Source of the DNA: a virus
Lineage: Duplodnaviria > Caudoviricetes
Length of the DNA: 64,000 nt
Reading direction: 5' to 3' (one strand)
Virus record (IMG/VR): IMGVR_UViG_3300021387_000161
Location: 64,001-128,000 of that record
Translations under genes and position numbers: made by a program
In this document: piece by piece, positions 29,139 through 38,948 of the stretch
Layout: the number at the start of each line of letters is the position of its first letter
Numbering within the stretch: position 1 is the stretch's first letter
The notes under the pieces: model-generated
Database searches by the model: none
What the model was told of the DNA's origin: nothing
The model's input: the letters and a program-made list of their open reading frames with translations, nothing else

Positions 29139-29669
29139 TTATTTCTCCCTAATTTGGAATATATAACTATTTATTTTTATACTTTTAGTATCAACGCCCA
29201 CGTTGTTAGGGAAAGATATATTATTATATCTCATCTTTGCAGATGTAATTATCTCCTTATTGGAAAAATTTACAACATCTAGTGTTACTGTCAATGGAAA
29301 ATTATCAAATTTATTAACTATATTTTTCCCTTCATACTGATTTATAGTACAAGTTATATTATATCTTATAGGTACCACATCATAATTTTTAGTGTATTCT
29401 ATAAATATATCACCCTGTGATGATTCTTTTATATTATTTGGATCTATATTATTGTCTATACAGAACTCTTCGGCTTCATCATAATAAGAAAAGGGTTCGG
29501 TAATTATTTGTGATGGATGCCTATCAGAAAAATTAGTTTTAGAAGAAAATTTAAACTTATCTTTTAGCTCTACTCCCTTAGGAAGACCATCAAGATTGTC
29601 TTTTATATTATATTTAATATTCTCATTTATATTTTTACTTTCAAGTAATAAATCGCTTAATATACTCAT
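29139..29669 (-). CDS. Hypothetical protein, candidate internal head protein
   Basis: 176 aa; N-terminal LLLES..INEN. Confidence 0.45.
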   Translation of the reverse strand: MSILSDLLLESKNINENIKYNIKDNLDGLPKGVELKDKFKFSSKTNFSDRHPSQIITEPFSYYDEAEEFCIDNNIDPNNIKESSQGDIFIEYTKNYDVVPIRYNITCTINQYEGKNIVNKFDNFPLTVTLDVVNFSNKEIITSAKMRYNNISFPNNVGVDTKSIKINSYIFQIREK

Positions 29670-30622
29670 TAATCTAAATCCATTTCTACTTGATCTTCAA
29701 ATTCTTTATCTGGCTTTGTAAACCTATATTCGTTATTAGGTTTAAACCTACCTTTTTCTCTCGCTAATTGATTAGCTTTACTAATCCTATCTCCTGTAAC
29801 TTTAGGTCCTTCTTCTGTATCTTCTATATATAATCCTGCTTTTGTTACTTTATCATATGTGGTATCAGTAACTTCCCCATACTCTTCTATATCACTATCT
29901 ACCATATCTTGATATTCATTTATTCTATCACCTAAATTAGAATCACCAGTTACATCTGTAATATCTAATTGAACTTCGGCATCAGGATCATATGGTTGCT
30001 GATATATTGCAGGATATATATATTTTTGATATAATCTTTCATCATGTTCTTTCATATATTCTATATAATTATATATAACAGAACTTACTTTTATTAACCA
30101 ACTACTATCACTTAATGCTAGATTTATATGTTTACAACCTGGACCTTTTGTATCATTAGGATTAGTTATATCAGATGGTCTTAATTCTGGAGCTCCTACT
30201 AATATATTATTTTTTGTAGCCCAATATTTACCTCTATATCTAAAATCAGGACAAGTACAGTTTATATAAACATTATCTGCGTTAAAAGCTCTTACAAGTG
30301 CCCTTGAAATTATTTTTCTATCTAAAGATACTCCACCGTTAAGGAAATTATGTAGTTCATCTAAAAAACCAGAAAAAGATATTCTTACTACGTATATATC
30401 TGTCTCACCTTTAACATCTATATCAACATCAATAATATCATCTTTAAATAATTTATTCATGTCAATAGAATTAAAGTTTTTTACAGATGCAGCAAGTCTT
30501 GAATACAGTCTTCTTTGGTATCTATTTTTTCCTTTAAACTGATTCCATATAACATAAGGATCACCAGTTTTTGATCTTGATAATAATTGACTTCTTTTAT
30601 CTTCTAATAGTATATTCTTCAT
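29669..30622 (-). CDS. SWIM zinc-finger protein
   Basis: CTCPDF...GCKHI (CxC-xn-CxH); N-terminal ILLED. Confidence 0.7.
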   Translation of the reverse strand: MKNILLEDKRSQLLSRSKTGDPYVIWNQFKGKNRYQRRLYSRLAASVKNFNSIDMNKLFKDDIIDVDIDVKGETDIYVVRISFSGFLDELHNFLNGGVSLDRKIISRALVRAFNADNVYINCTCPDFRYRGKYWATKNNILVGAPELRPSDITNPNDTKGPGCKHINLALSDSSWLIKVSSVIYNYIEYMKEHDERLYQKYIYPAIYQQPYDPDAEVQLDITDVTGDSNLGDRINEYQDMVDSDIEEYGEVTDTTYDKVTKAGLYIEDTEEGPKVTGDRISKANQLAREKGRFKPNNEYRFTKPDKEFEDQVEMDLD

Positions 30623-30635
30623 TACATTAATAAAT

Positions 30636-30660
30636 AAGGGTGAGTAATTTACTCACCCTT
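30636..30660 (-). terminator. Hairpin / probable terminator after the tail tube gene
   Basis: AAGGGTGAGTA-att-TACTCACCCTT, 11-bp perfect stem. Confidence 0.65.
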
Positions 30661-30673
30661 AAACTCTCTTTAA

Positions 30674-31243
30674 TTAGGTTGTATATTCTGGGTAAGCTCT
30701 ATCATATTCAATAGTAACTGTAATTTCTCTGCTACCATCTTGATCTGCTGACATATCTTGTTCAGATATACTTGAAATCCAACATCCTTCTAATTTCCAT
30801 GTTCTTACAACATGGTCATAGTCTGGTGGATATTCTAATAAAGTACAATCATACTTATAGTCTTTTTGTAATCCTACATGTTGATCTTTAGGATCGCCTG
30901 ACAGTGCTTGCCAAGCCATAAGTATATCTTTTGTTTCAGCGCCTATAAAATCATAACAAACAAGAGATCCAGATGAATAAGAAATAACTCCTGCGTATTT
31001 TACAGCTGTATTACCTCTTCTTACTTCAATTGCATTTTGTGAGAAATGAGGCACAGAAGTTCCTTTTACAGAAAGTCTTATATAATCACTTGCCTTAGGA
31101 AATGTTTTAGTATCACTACCCCAGGCTGTAATATTATTTAAGGCCGCAGGTATTACAAATTCAAAGTTATTACCTCTCTGAATTTCATAGATCTCTTTGT
31201 TGGCAGCAAAATGATGAGCACCTTGATCTTGTCTAATTGGCAT
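30674..31243 (-). CDS. Tail tube protein (T4 gp19-like)
   Basis: QRGNNFEF...VKYAG...YKYDCTL...RTWKLEGCW...ITVTIEYDRA; directly after sheath. Confidence 0.9.
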   Translation of the reverse strand: MPIRQDQGAHHFAANKEIYEIQRGNNFEFVIPAALNNITAWGSDTKTFPKASDYIRLSVKGTSVPHFSQNAIEVRRGNTAVKYAGVISYSSGSLVCYDFIGAETKDILMAWQALSGDPKDQHVGLQKDYKYDCTLLEYPPDYDHVVRTWKLEGCWISSISEQDMSADQDGSREITVTIEYDRAYPEYTT

Positions 31244-31256
31244 TATTTAATCCTCT

Positions 31257-33296
31257 CTATTCTACTTCTGCGACATCAACTTCATTGTTCTCTATTTGAA
31301 CAGTTAAATCAAATACTTCAACGGAGTTAATAGGTCTAATCTGTATATTGGCTAATATCATATATGCTGGAACAGGTTCACCTGATTCTGGATTTATATT
31401 GAATTTAGTTAATTTGTAATCACTTAATATACTATTAGAAATCATAGTATCAAGTATTGGTGAAATTAAACTCTTAAATTGAATCCAAAGAATATCTGTA
31501 TTTTGCTCAAACAGTAATTGTTGTGAAGCTTCGTATAAAGTCTTTTTAATATCCGAAACAACATTTCTTATATTTAAGAATGAAGTAGCTTTTGTACCAT
31601 TTCTATTATTTCTTAATGTTCTATTACCCCAGATACAATAACCATACTGTCTAATATATGTTATAGGGTTAATTGAAATTAATGAATAATCTGGAACTAA
31701 GTCTGATGGTACAGTTTGATATGAATCTGCTACATTATTTGTTAAAGCATAATTAGTATGTAATGAACCGAAGTAAGGTATTTTACCTCTAGATACACCA
31801 GCTACTGCTAACCATGGAGTTTGATTATTCTTAACCTGTGTTGCTAACGAAGATAAGTAAGCAAGTGATGCTGGCATAAATACATTAGGATTTTGACCCC
31901 TATCACCTGCTATTGAAGAATGAGTACATTCATACCATGGTGTAAACATAGCACCATATGAGGCAGTAATAGAGGACATACTAGAGAATTGATCTCTTAC
32001 TTGACTAATAACTGATAAAGTATCTGATTCATAAATTGTTCTACCAGGATTATCTGTATGGTCTATTAATGCTACTGAATCATGTCTTTCATAAGCCATA
32101 TTAATCATAGCTTCAGCTAATCCTGAGCTAACTTTAGTTACTCCAGTTACACTATCTGTTGATAATCTTCCATATTCAAAAGTAGGATAACCACCAGAAG
32201 TGATATATTTAATTGAATAATCACCCATACTATCGAATGAATAATCTGGATTATCTGGATTACCCATAAATCTTTTTGATAATCCAGTATACATGCTATC
32301 TAATGATTCATCAGCTCCAATATACCAAATAGTATCATCACTTGTTACATCTGCCAATGTTCTATACTGTATTGTAGGATTAGTACATTTTACGTATGAA
32401 TTATTTGAAAAATAATACCAACCCTGATCATATGGACTAATGTATGTATCAGTAGTACCACTTGACTCTGTAGTTGTTCCATACATTGCCAATGCTGAAT
32501 TAAAATCACTAGCTAATTCTACAATATCATAATTATTAGCACTGTTCATTTGTTCATAGTATACAGGCATACCTAATGATAATAGATATAAAGCATATCT
32601 ATATCCAGGATCCATATCACCTACAGCAAACATTGGTGATGTACTTTCTATTACTTGATAATAACTTTTTATAGAAGTTCCATCATTAGCAACGCCTATT
32701 TGTGTATCACTAGATTTATAAGGCGATGTAGTATTTCCACCTTCATACCAATTTTGTTCTAACGGACTTATGTTAGATTCATATACTAAGTTACCTGAAT
32801 CTGGACCATATGTTTCTATATATGTACTTCCATCTTCAACCGGCAAAGTAGAATAAGTTACAGTCCAACCGTCTGTATCAGAACCTGTAACTAAGAAATA
32901 ATTTATACCGTCTTCAGGCTCCCAATCTACACCTACTTCATCTGAAGAAATATCTACTAATCTGTAGAAATGTGATAATCCATCTTCGTTATTCCTATCA
33001 GCAAATTTAGTTAAATTCATTGGAGTATTATCTAACACTAATGCTCTATAATTAGGAATTGCATAGGTTGGAAATCCATTTGATGTTAATGTAGCTTCTG
33101 GATAACCTTGTTCTGACGTAAATGTTATAGGGCTATCGCCAAATAAATTTATAAATTGATATTTTGATGTAACTAATGTTGGAGTTCTAAACAAATCTGG
33201 ATTATTTCCAAATCCTGGGACGTATGCTACATCATAGGAAGATAGTGTTTCCACATTAAATGTATTATCTTCTTCTCGAATTATAATTCTTTCCAT
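31257..33296 (-). CDS. Tail sheath protein (T4 gp18-like)
   Basis: PWLAVAGVSRG...INPI...IWGNRTL...FLNIR...LLFEQN...IQIRPINSVE sheath C-terminal signature. Confidence 0.92.
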   Translation of the reverse strand: MERIIIREEDNTFNVETLSSYDVAYVPGFGNNPDLFRTPTLVTSKYQFINLFGDSPITFTSEQGYPEATLTSNGFPTYAIPNYRALVLDNTPMNLTKFADRNNEDGLSHFYRLVDISSDEVGVDWEPEDGINYFLVTGSDTDGWTVTYSTLPVEDGSTYIETYGPDSGNLVYESNISPLEQNWYEGGNTTSPYKSSDTQIGVANDGTSIKSYYQVIESTSPMFAVGDMDPGYRYALYLLSLGMPVYYEQMNSANNYDIVELASDFNSALAMYGTTTESSGTTDTYISPYDQGWYYFSNNSYVKCTNPTIQYRTLADVTSDDTIWYIGADESLDSMYTGLSKRFMGNPDNPDYSFDSMGDYSIKYITSGGYPTFEYGRLSTDSVTGVTKVSSGLAEAMINMAYERHDSVALIDHTDNPGRTIYESDTLSVISQVRDQFSSMSSITASYGAMFTPWYECTHSSIAGDRGQNPNVFMPASLAYLSSLATQVKNNQTPWLAVAGVSRGKIPYFGSLHTNYALTNNVADSYQTVPSDLVPDYSLISINPITYIRQYGYCIWGNRTLRNNRNGTKATSFLNIRNVVSDIKKTLYEASQQLLFEQNTDILWIQFKSLISPILDTMISNSILSDYKLTKFNINPESGEPVPAYMILANIQIRPINSVEVFDLTVQIENNEVDVAEVE

Positions 33297-33327
33297 TAAA
33301 TTTTAGTCTCCATTTTAATTGTAAGAA

Positions 33328-34035
33328 TTAAGAATTTTGTTGTTTCCAAGATGTACCTCCACAAATTGGACATACAGTAGGAGTTTCAAATGTTTGGTAT
33401 GCATATCCACAATCTAAACATACAAAATTCTTAACCTCGTATGTGTCATCTATCCTTATTTCAATTTCCGCGTTGCGGTGTTGTCTTACATCCCACAAAT
33501 AAGCATCGTCTATAGAAATTATAACAGACATAACTGTTAAATTACCTTCTATAAATCTTTCAGACATATTAGAATTATCATTTATAGTATTACTACCTAA
33601 TGAAATTCTAGCGGTATGTTTCATATCTGCGTCTGGAACGGAAACTGTCATTGCAGGATAATTAACTATGTTAAAAATCAAATTCCTCATCAGTATGTCT
33701 GCTTCTTCTGCTCTTCTTGCATATACATCTATTTGATATGTAAGAGATATTGGAATAGCATTTACTATCTTCATGGAATTCGTTTCTTCATCATATGATC
33801 TATCAATACCATCATATGATAGTGGCCTTCTTGTTCTTCCTTCATTTATTATTTCATAACCCATATCTCTACTGATAGATATTAAAGGTAACTTAATTTT
33901 AGAATCAGCATTTTCATCAGCTATGAGTTCAAATAATCTTCTTGTTTCTGAAGGCCCATAAACTTGAGTTTTAGAACTAGAAGTCCATTTTTTAAATTTT
34001 TCTACTAATGCTTTATCATATAAATATGATGACAT
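33328..34035 (-). CDS. Tail terminator / sheath stabiliser (gp15-like) with C-terminal rubredoxin-like ribbon
   Basis: KLPLISISR...IPISLTYQIDVY; upstream of sheath; C-terminal CLDC-x12-CPIC. Confidence 0.7.
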   Translation of the reverse strand: MSSYLYDKALVEKFKKWTSSSKTQVYGPSETRRLFELIADENADSKIKLPLISISRDMGYEIINEGRTRRPLSYDGIDRSYDEETNSMKIVNAIPISLTYQIDVYARRAEEADILMRNLIFNIVNYPAMTVSVPDADMKHTARISLGSNTINDNSNMSERFIEGNLTVMSVIISIDDAYLWDVRQHRNAEIEIRIDDTYEVKNFVCLDCGYAYQTFETPTVCPICGGTSWKQQNS

Positions 34036-34038
34036 TTA

Positions 34039-34608
34039 TTAATCTCCATCTAAAGTTAATTGACTTTCTAATTCTTCAATCTCTGTAGTCATTGGTCTAA
34101 TATTTTCTGTTCCTAATATATTAAGTTTTTCTGAATCAATTAATTCATCAATGTCTTTACCATTTGCTAATGATTCAAAATCATCAAAATATTCTGGAAC
34201 TATTTCACAAGTTATAGATGATGGATAAACTATTTCATTAACCATCTTAACTACTCTAAATAATCTTCCTTTACCATCATCTAGTCCACTTGGAACTATG
34301 AATAATGCTCCTTGTTGAAGTCCTGGTAAATCATAATCAACATGTATAAATGAAGAATTTTCATTTAACTCTGATACCCAACCTATTTTTCTTAATGTTT
34401 GCTGTGTTGGGTGTTCATCAAATATACACCCAACCATAATTGGATCTTCATAATTAGATTCTAATTCTCTATAAGTTGTATATGTTTTACCAGTTTTGGG
34501 GGCTCTGTATAAAACCCTTATCCCTAAGAGCTTACACATTTCTCTAAAATATTGTCTATTTATCTTTATATCTGGAGTTAATAACTGACCATATTTTTGG
34601 TTTTCCAT
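34039..34608 (-). CDS. Neck / head-closure protein (gp14-like)
   Basis: FREMCKLLGIRVLYRAP...; position upstream of the terminator gene. Confidence 0.6.
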   Translation of the reverse strand: MENQKYGQLLTPDIKINRQYFREMCKLLGIRVLYRAPKTGKTYTTYRELESNYEDPIMVGCIFDEHPTQQTLRKIGWVSELNENSSFIHVDYDLPGLQQGALFIVPSGLDDGKGRLFRVVKMVNEIVYPSSITCEIVPEYFDDFESLANGKDIDELIDSEKLNILGTENIRPMTTEIEELESQLTLDGD

Positions 34609-34629
34609 TTATTATCTCCTGTTGTTATG

Positions 34630-35223
34630 TTATTCACTTATAAATAACCATACTATTGGTTTGTTATTATCATCAAAACCAATAGGTTTAGGATATACCC
34701 AAAAGTTATTAGTAAGTAATTCTTTAGGAATATTTTCTTTATTAAGATATTTGTCGTCTATACTAGAAATATCACATAATGAGAATATATACTCATCCCA
34801 TAAATCAAGAATATTTACAGGCTTTATATCATCATTATAATCACCCATTGGATGTTTAATATAGTTTTGATACTGAAGAAGTGTTGGATCTATTATTTTT
34901 GTATTTTTACGAAAACCCTCACTAAAAGCTTTTTCTGAATTATTTATATGTAATACAGTATGATCACTACTAAATATGTTTACATAACCATCTGTAACAT
35001 CGAATGCTCCAATATAAACATGATTTATAATTTCTAAGCCTAATTTATTTACTATTTCAGGCTCATTATTCATTATATATTCACATACTTCTTCACATAT
35101 AGGACGTTGAAAATAGTCACTAGAAAATTCATCTGCAAGAGAAAATTCTAAATATTCCTTTATATTTTTATAATTGTTATCTTCTAGAATAAAAGCCTCA
35201 TGAATCGCGTTATTTATATCCAT
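34630..35223 (-). CDS. Hypothetical protein, candidate internal head protein
   Basis: 197 aa; N-terminal IHEAFILED. Confidence 0.45.
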   Translation of the reverse strand: MDINNAIHEAFILEDNNYKNIKEYLEFSLADEFSSDYFQRPICEEVCEYIMNNEPEIVNKLGLEIINHVYIGAFDVTDGYVNIFSSDHTVLHINNSEKAFSEGFRKNTKIIDPTLLQYQNYIKHPMGDYNDDIKPVNILDLWDEYIFSLCDISSIDDKYLNKENIPKELLTNNFWVYPKPIGFDDNNKPIVWLFISE

Positions 35224-35236
35224 GATTATTTCCTCT

Positions 35237-35779
35237 TTAAAGGTTGAAATGGTTTAACATATCATCGTATAACTGATCATGGTCGCTGATCCAATTAATT
35301 AAATCTGATAATTGATAATGTGCTAACTCTTCATCACAATACTTATCATTAACATCAATATGGAAGAAATTACATATATCCTCAAATGCTTGGTTATGAT
35401 CACTAAGCCAATCAATTAGTTCACGTTTATTAATATGATAAATAGAACGTGGTTGTCTTGCCTCATCAATCTTTGTTGACTCGTCCAATTCAGGAAAATC
35501 ATCTTTATAATGTTGACTATAGACATCCGTTATATCTTCTATGTTGCTACCTAGTAATTCAACACCCTCTAAGCCATGTTTTAATTCCCACTCAAACCCA
35601 GACATTATATCGTCTGGTTGTGAATTAGGTTCCTCGGAATCTGTATCATACATAATATCAAATGATATTTGTGCTACCCTCTTTGCTCCTTCAGTAAGTT
35701 TTACAGATTCTTTTCCTGTATTACTAGAATCTTCTTCCAATCTTAACGATTCCTGTAATATTTCTGTAATACTTTTCAT
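35237..35779 (-). CDS. Hypothetical protein, candidate internal head polyprotein
   Basis: 180 aa; LQES, LEED, LTEG, LDES and IDEA sites. Confidence 0.45.
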   Translation of the reverse strand: MKSITEILQESLRLEEDSSNTGKESVKLTEGAKRVAQISFDIMYDTDSEEPNSQPDDIMSGFEWELKHGLEGVELLGSNIEDITDVYSQHYKDDFPELDESTKIDEARQPRSIYHINKRELIDWLSDHNQAFEDICNFFHIDVNDKYCDEELAHYQLSDLINWISDHDQLYDDMLNHFNL

Positions 35780-35783
35780 TGTC

Positions 35784-37613
35784 TTATTTCCTTTTTACTG
35801 TACCGTAAACTCTTACAGATTCATTAAGATCATTCTTGCCCTTGTAATTATAATTTAATGATTCACAAACAAGTGATTTATCGTTTACAGAACAATTAAG
35901 TTTAAAAGTTTTTTTGCCCTTACTTATTTGCTTATTATAACCTTCAAGTTTTAATTTGCCATTTTCAGAAGTTTTAGGAGAGAAAACAAATTGAGTATCT
36001 TTTTCATTACCTGAATCAAATCCAATTTTACCTTCTATGATAAACTCTTTACTTTCATTTAAAGAAATATTAGAAGTTTTAAATGAAGTTACATTTTCGT
36101 AACATCTTTTAAGATAAGATTCACCTAATTCATCAAATGATTCCTCATCAAATTCCTCAAAATCTTCATCTGATTCAGGTTCTTCTAAATCAAAATCTTC
36201 GTCTGAAAATTCTTCTTCAGGAATTTCTTCTTCATCTTCTTCGTCATTTAATTCAACGGCATCTTCTACATCAAGCTCTGTATCAGGCTCGATAGGAGCT
36301 ATCATTTCTTCACCTTCAAAAGGTTCTTCTACTGATTCATCTTCTTTAGGAGAAGTTTCAACAACTACACCACCATCTTCTTTAGTGGTCATTGTGATAT
36401 TTTCATCGTCTGTATTTATTGAAACATCTTCAATACCTTCTTCAAGCTCTTTCTTATCTTCACAGCCTTCTGAGAAAGTATCTTGGATCTTATCTCCAAT
36501 CTTACCACCTACAAAACTACCAACAGCACCACCAACAGGACCACCTATTGCAGTTCCTACTGCCTTTCCAGCAAGTTTACCGCCAATAGTTCCTTCAACA
36601 CCTTCTTCAACTTTTTCAGCTGGAGTAATTAATGAAACCATTTCTTTCTGTTCATCTGCAGGAGCTCTTAAGAAAATCTCATCAACAGGTTCTGTTTCAT
36701 CACCATACTTTGACAAAATAGCATACATCTTATCAAAACCAGGATTATTAGCATTATTTGCATCATCATGGTACTTTAGAAATGTATCTACAAGACCTTC
36801 TTCCATAATTTCTGGGTCACCACATTCTTCTAAAGATTCATCTAATTTATAAGAATATTCAACTTTCTTACCTTTTCTTAGTTTTTTATCTTCTCTTTTT
36901 AATTCGGCTATAGTGGCTTTAGCTTCTCTTTCTGTTTTTACCCTTGCTATTTCACCATCTACATCTGATTCTACTACCCATGGAGTACCTTGCTTCTTGG
37001 CTTCATTTAACTCTGTGTACTTTGGCCCACGAATCTCATCATTGCCTTCTAAATCATCAACAGCAGCAATTGGTCCATCAGCACCATTAATTTCTTCATC
37101 CCCACGAAGTTCTTTTACTTCATCAGCTTTAAGACCTTCTTCTAATTCTTCGTCATCTTCAGGTTCTTCGGCTTCTATTTCAATGTCAACTTCTTCTTCC
37201 TCAGGAATTTCTCCAGTTTCAACATCTTCAAGATCAACATCTTCTTCTTCCTGATAAGGTTTTACTTCACCTATAATAGTATAACCTTCATTTGACATAC
37301 AATAAGGACATTCTATTTCTGTGCAACATAATCCATCTTCATCTTCTGTAATATCTTCTTTATTAAAGAATACATTACTATGACATACATTACAATCTAA
37401 TATTACTTTGCCTATATAGGACTGCTTTAAATCTTCTTTAGCTTCAGCTTCTAAATCATATACATCAGAAATTAATTCATCATCCTCTGCAGCATTAATA
37501 GTATCTAAAAAAGATTCTGTATTTTCAGGATTAATAGCATCTAATGAAAGTTCTTCCACATCTTCAGTTAAATAAACTTGTTTGAATGCCTCTTGAATAA
37601 AACTATTATTCAT
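35784..37613 (-). CDS. Acidic protein with zinc ribbon and glycine zipper; candidate prohead core / internal polyprotein
   Basis: 609 aa, very E/D-rich; CNVC...CPYC; GGKLAGKAVGTAIGGPVGGAVGSFVGG; many LxE/EEG sites. Confidence 0.5.
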   Translation of the reverse strand: MNNSFIQEAFKQVYLTEDVEELSLDAINPENTESFLDTINAAEDDELISDVYDLEAEAKEDLKQSYIGKVILDCNVCHSNVFFNKEDITEDEDGLCCTEIECPYCMSNEGYTIIGEVKPYQEEEDVDLEDVETGEIPEEEEVDIEIEAEEPEDDEELEEGLKADEVKELRGDEEINGADGPIAAVDDLEGNDEIRGPKYTELNEAKKQGTPWVVESDVDGEIARVKTEREAKATIAELKREDKKLRKGKKVEYSYKLDESLEECGDPEIMEEGLVDTFLKYHDDANNANNPGFDKMYAILSKYGDETEPVDEIFLRAPADEQKEMVSLITPAEKVEEGVEGTIGGKLAGKAVGTAIGGPVGGAVGSFVGGKIGDKIQDTFSEGCEDKKELEEGIEDVSINTDDENITMTTKEDGGVVVETSPKEDESVEEPFEGEEMIAPIEPDTELDVEDAVELNDEEDEEEIPEEEFSDEDFDLEEPESDEDFEEFDEESFDELGESYLKRCYENVTSFKTSNISLNESKEFIIEGKIGFDSGNEKDTQFVFSPKTSENGKLKLEGYNKQISKGKKTFKLNCSVNDKSLVCESLNYNYKGKNDLNESVRVYGTVKRK

Positions 37614-37628
37614 TAAATTAATCTCCTA

Positions 37629-38363
37629 TTAATCTATAGGGTATGTTAGTTCTGAATTTTGAAGTAACATCTCCCTTAAATTATTTAATTCTTCTCTTCC
37701 TTCAGCAAGGATTGTGTCACCATCTCCTTGCCATAAAGCATTACTTTGTGTGTATCTCGTTCTTATTCTTCCAACTGTAACTTTAGTTAAAGCTATAGCT
37801 AGTCTCATAAGCATATCTATCCAATATGTAGATTTAATTTCATCTACATCATGAATAACAGGAATATATTCTATAGTTATATTTGCTGGAGTCCCATTTG
37901 GAACATTTATATATAACTTATTTGAATCTTTATCAAATCTAAACGCTAAATCTGTAGATGTAGTATTCCTCATTTGTTGTAATGTTGTCCAAGCTCCATA
38001 ATTGTATACGGCATCTTGGAAATACATTATATTACCCATACCACTTAATAATTGCCATTGAGCAACTTGCATAGGATCAACAGAGGATTCACCAGCCTCA
38101 GTAGTACCAGCTAAATCTTCAGTTCTATATACCATAACTACAGAATTAACATCTATACTTACATTATTAGTATCTTCTGGATTAGATAAATCTATACAAG
38201 ATTTATAAGGTATTGTTATCAATCTTGCATGATTTATATATCTTTGAAGTTCTCTTAATGCACTTTTGATAATTTTATTCAACGTATCATCATCTAACTC
38301 AGATTCCAAAATATCCCCAGTTAATTTTAATCTTATCTCATCTCTAAAATCATCAATATGCAT
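37629..38363 (-). CDS. Neck / head-tail adaptor (gp13-like)
   Basis: IRLKLTG...ELDD...ALRE...LAIALTKVTVGRIRTRY...GDTILAEGREEL..L. Confidence 0.8.
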   Translation of the reverse strand: MHIDDFRDEIRLKLTGDILESELDDDTLNKIIKSALRELQRYINHARLITIPYKSCIDLSNPEDTNNVSIDVNSVVMVYRTEDLAGTTEAGESSVDPMQVAQWQLLSGMGNIMYFQDAVYNYGAWTTLQQMRNTTSTDLAFRFDKDSNKLYINVPNGTPANITIEYIPVIHDVDEIKSTYWIDMLMRLAIALTKVTVGRIRTRYTQSNALWQGDGDTILAEGREELNNLREMLLQNSELTYPID

Positions 38364-38383
38364 TATTTTACCTTAATAAATAT

Positions 38384-38920
38384 TTATGGTTGTGTTTGTT
38401 CTTCAGGAGCAGCATTTACTGTGATAGTGAAGCTGTCTTCAAAGTCATATGCTGAAACAACAACTTCAGTGATGTCAGTTGTTAATACTGTACCTGCTTC
38501 TGGAGAAGTTGTATACTCATTATACGCAAGAAGATCAGTTACTTCTTTCGTACCATCAGTTCCAATAACAGTAACAACCATTCCTGTTAAATCTAATTCT
38601 TCACCTGCAGTATAGACTGTCTTTGTAGGAGGAGTGGTAACTTCGATTGCTGTCATTGTAATTTCTGGTTCAGATTCTTCTTCAATCTCTTTACCAATAA
38701 TCTGTGTATCACCAATAAATACATTTACAGCTTTATTATCAGATACTCTATAAATTCCACCTTTACCATCATCTTTATAAGTATCTTTTTCTACTAATTC
38801 TAATTCGGTGCCTTCAGCATCTTTATAAGTTAATTGTACATCGGATTGTGTAGGTTGAGTACCAGTTGCATTACCAAAAAGATGTCTTACACCTTCAACT
38901 TTCTTTTCATATACTAGCAT
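38384..38920 (-). CDS. Ig-like (Big_3-type) domain protein, probable virion decoration
   Basis: IEVTTPPTKTVYTAGEELDLTGMVVTV...SFTITV. Confidence 0.75.
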   Translation of the reverse strand: MLVYEKKVEGVRHLFGNATGTQPTQSDVQLTYKDAEGTELELVEKDTYKDDGKGGIYRVSDNKAVNVFIGDTQIIGKEIEEESEPEITMTAIEVTTPPTKTVYTAGEELDLTGMVVTVIGTDGTKEVTDLLAYNEYTTSPEAGTVLTTDITEVVVSAYDFEDSFTITVNAAPEEQTQP

Positions 38921-38948
38921 TAATTATCTTAACCTTTCACTAGTTAAT

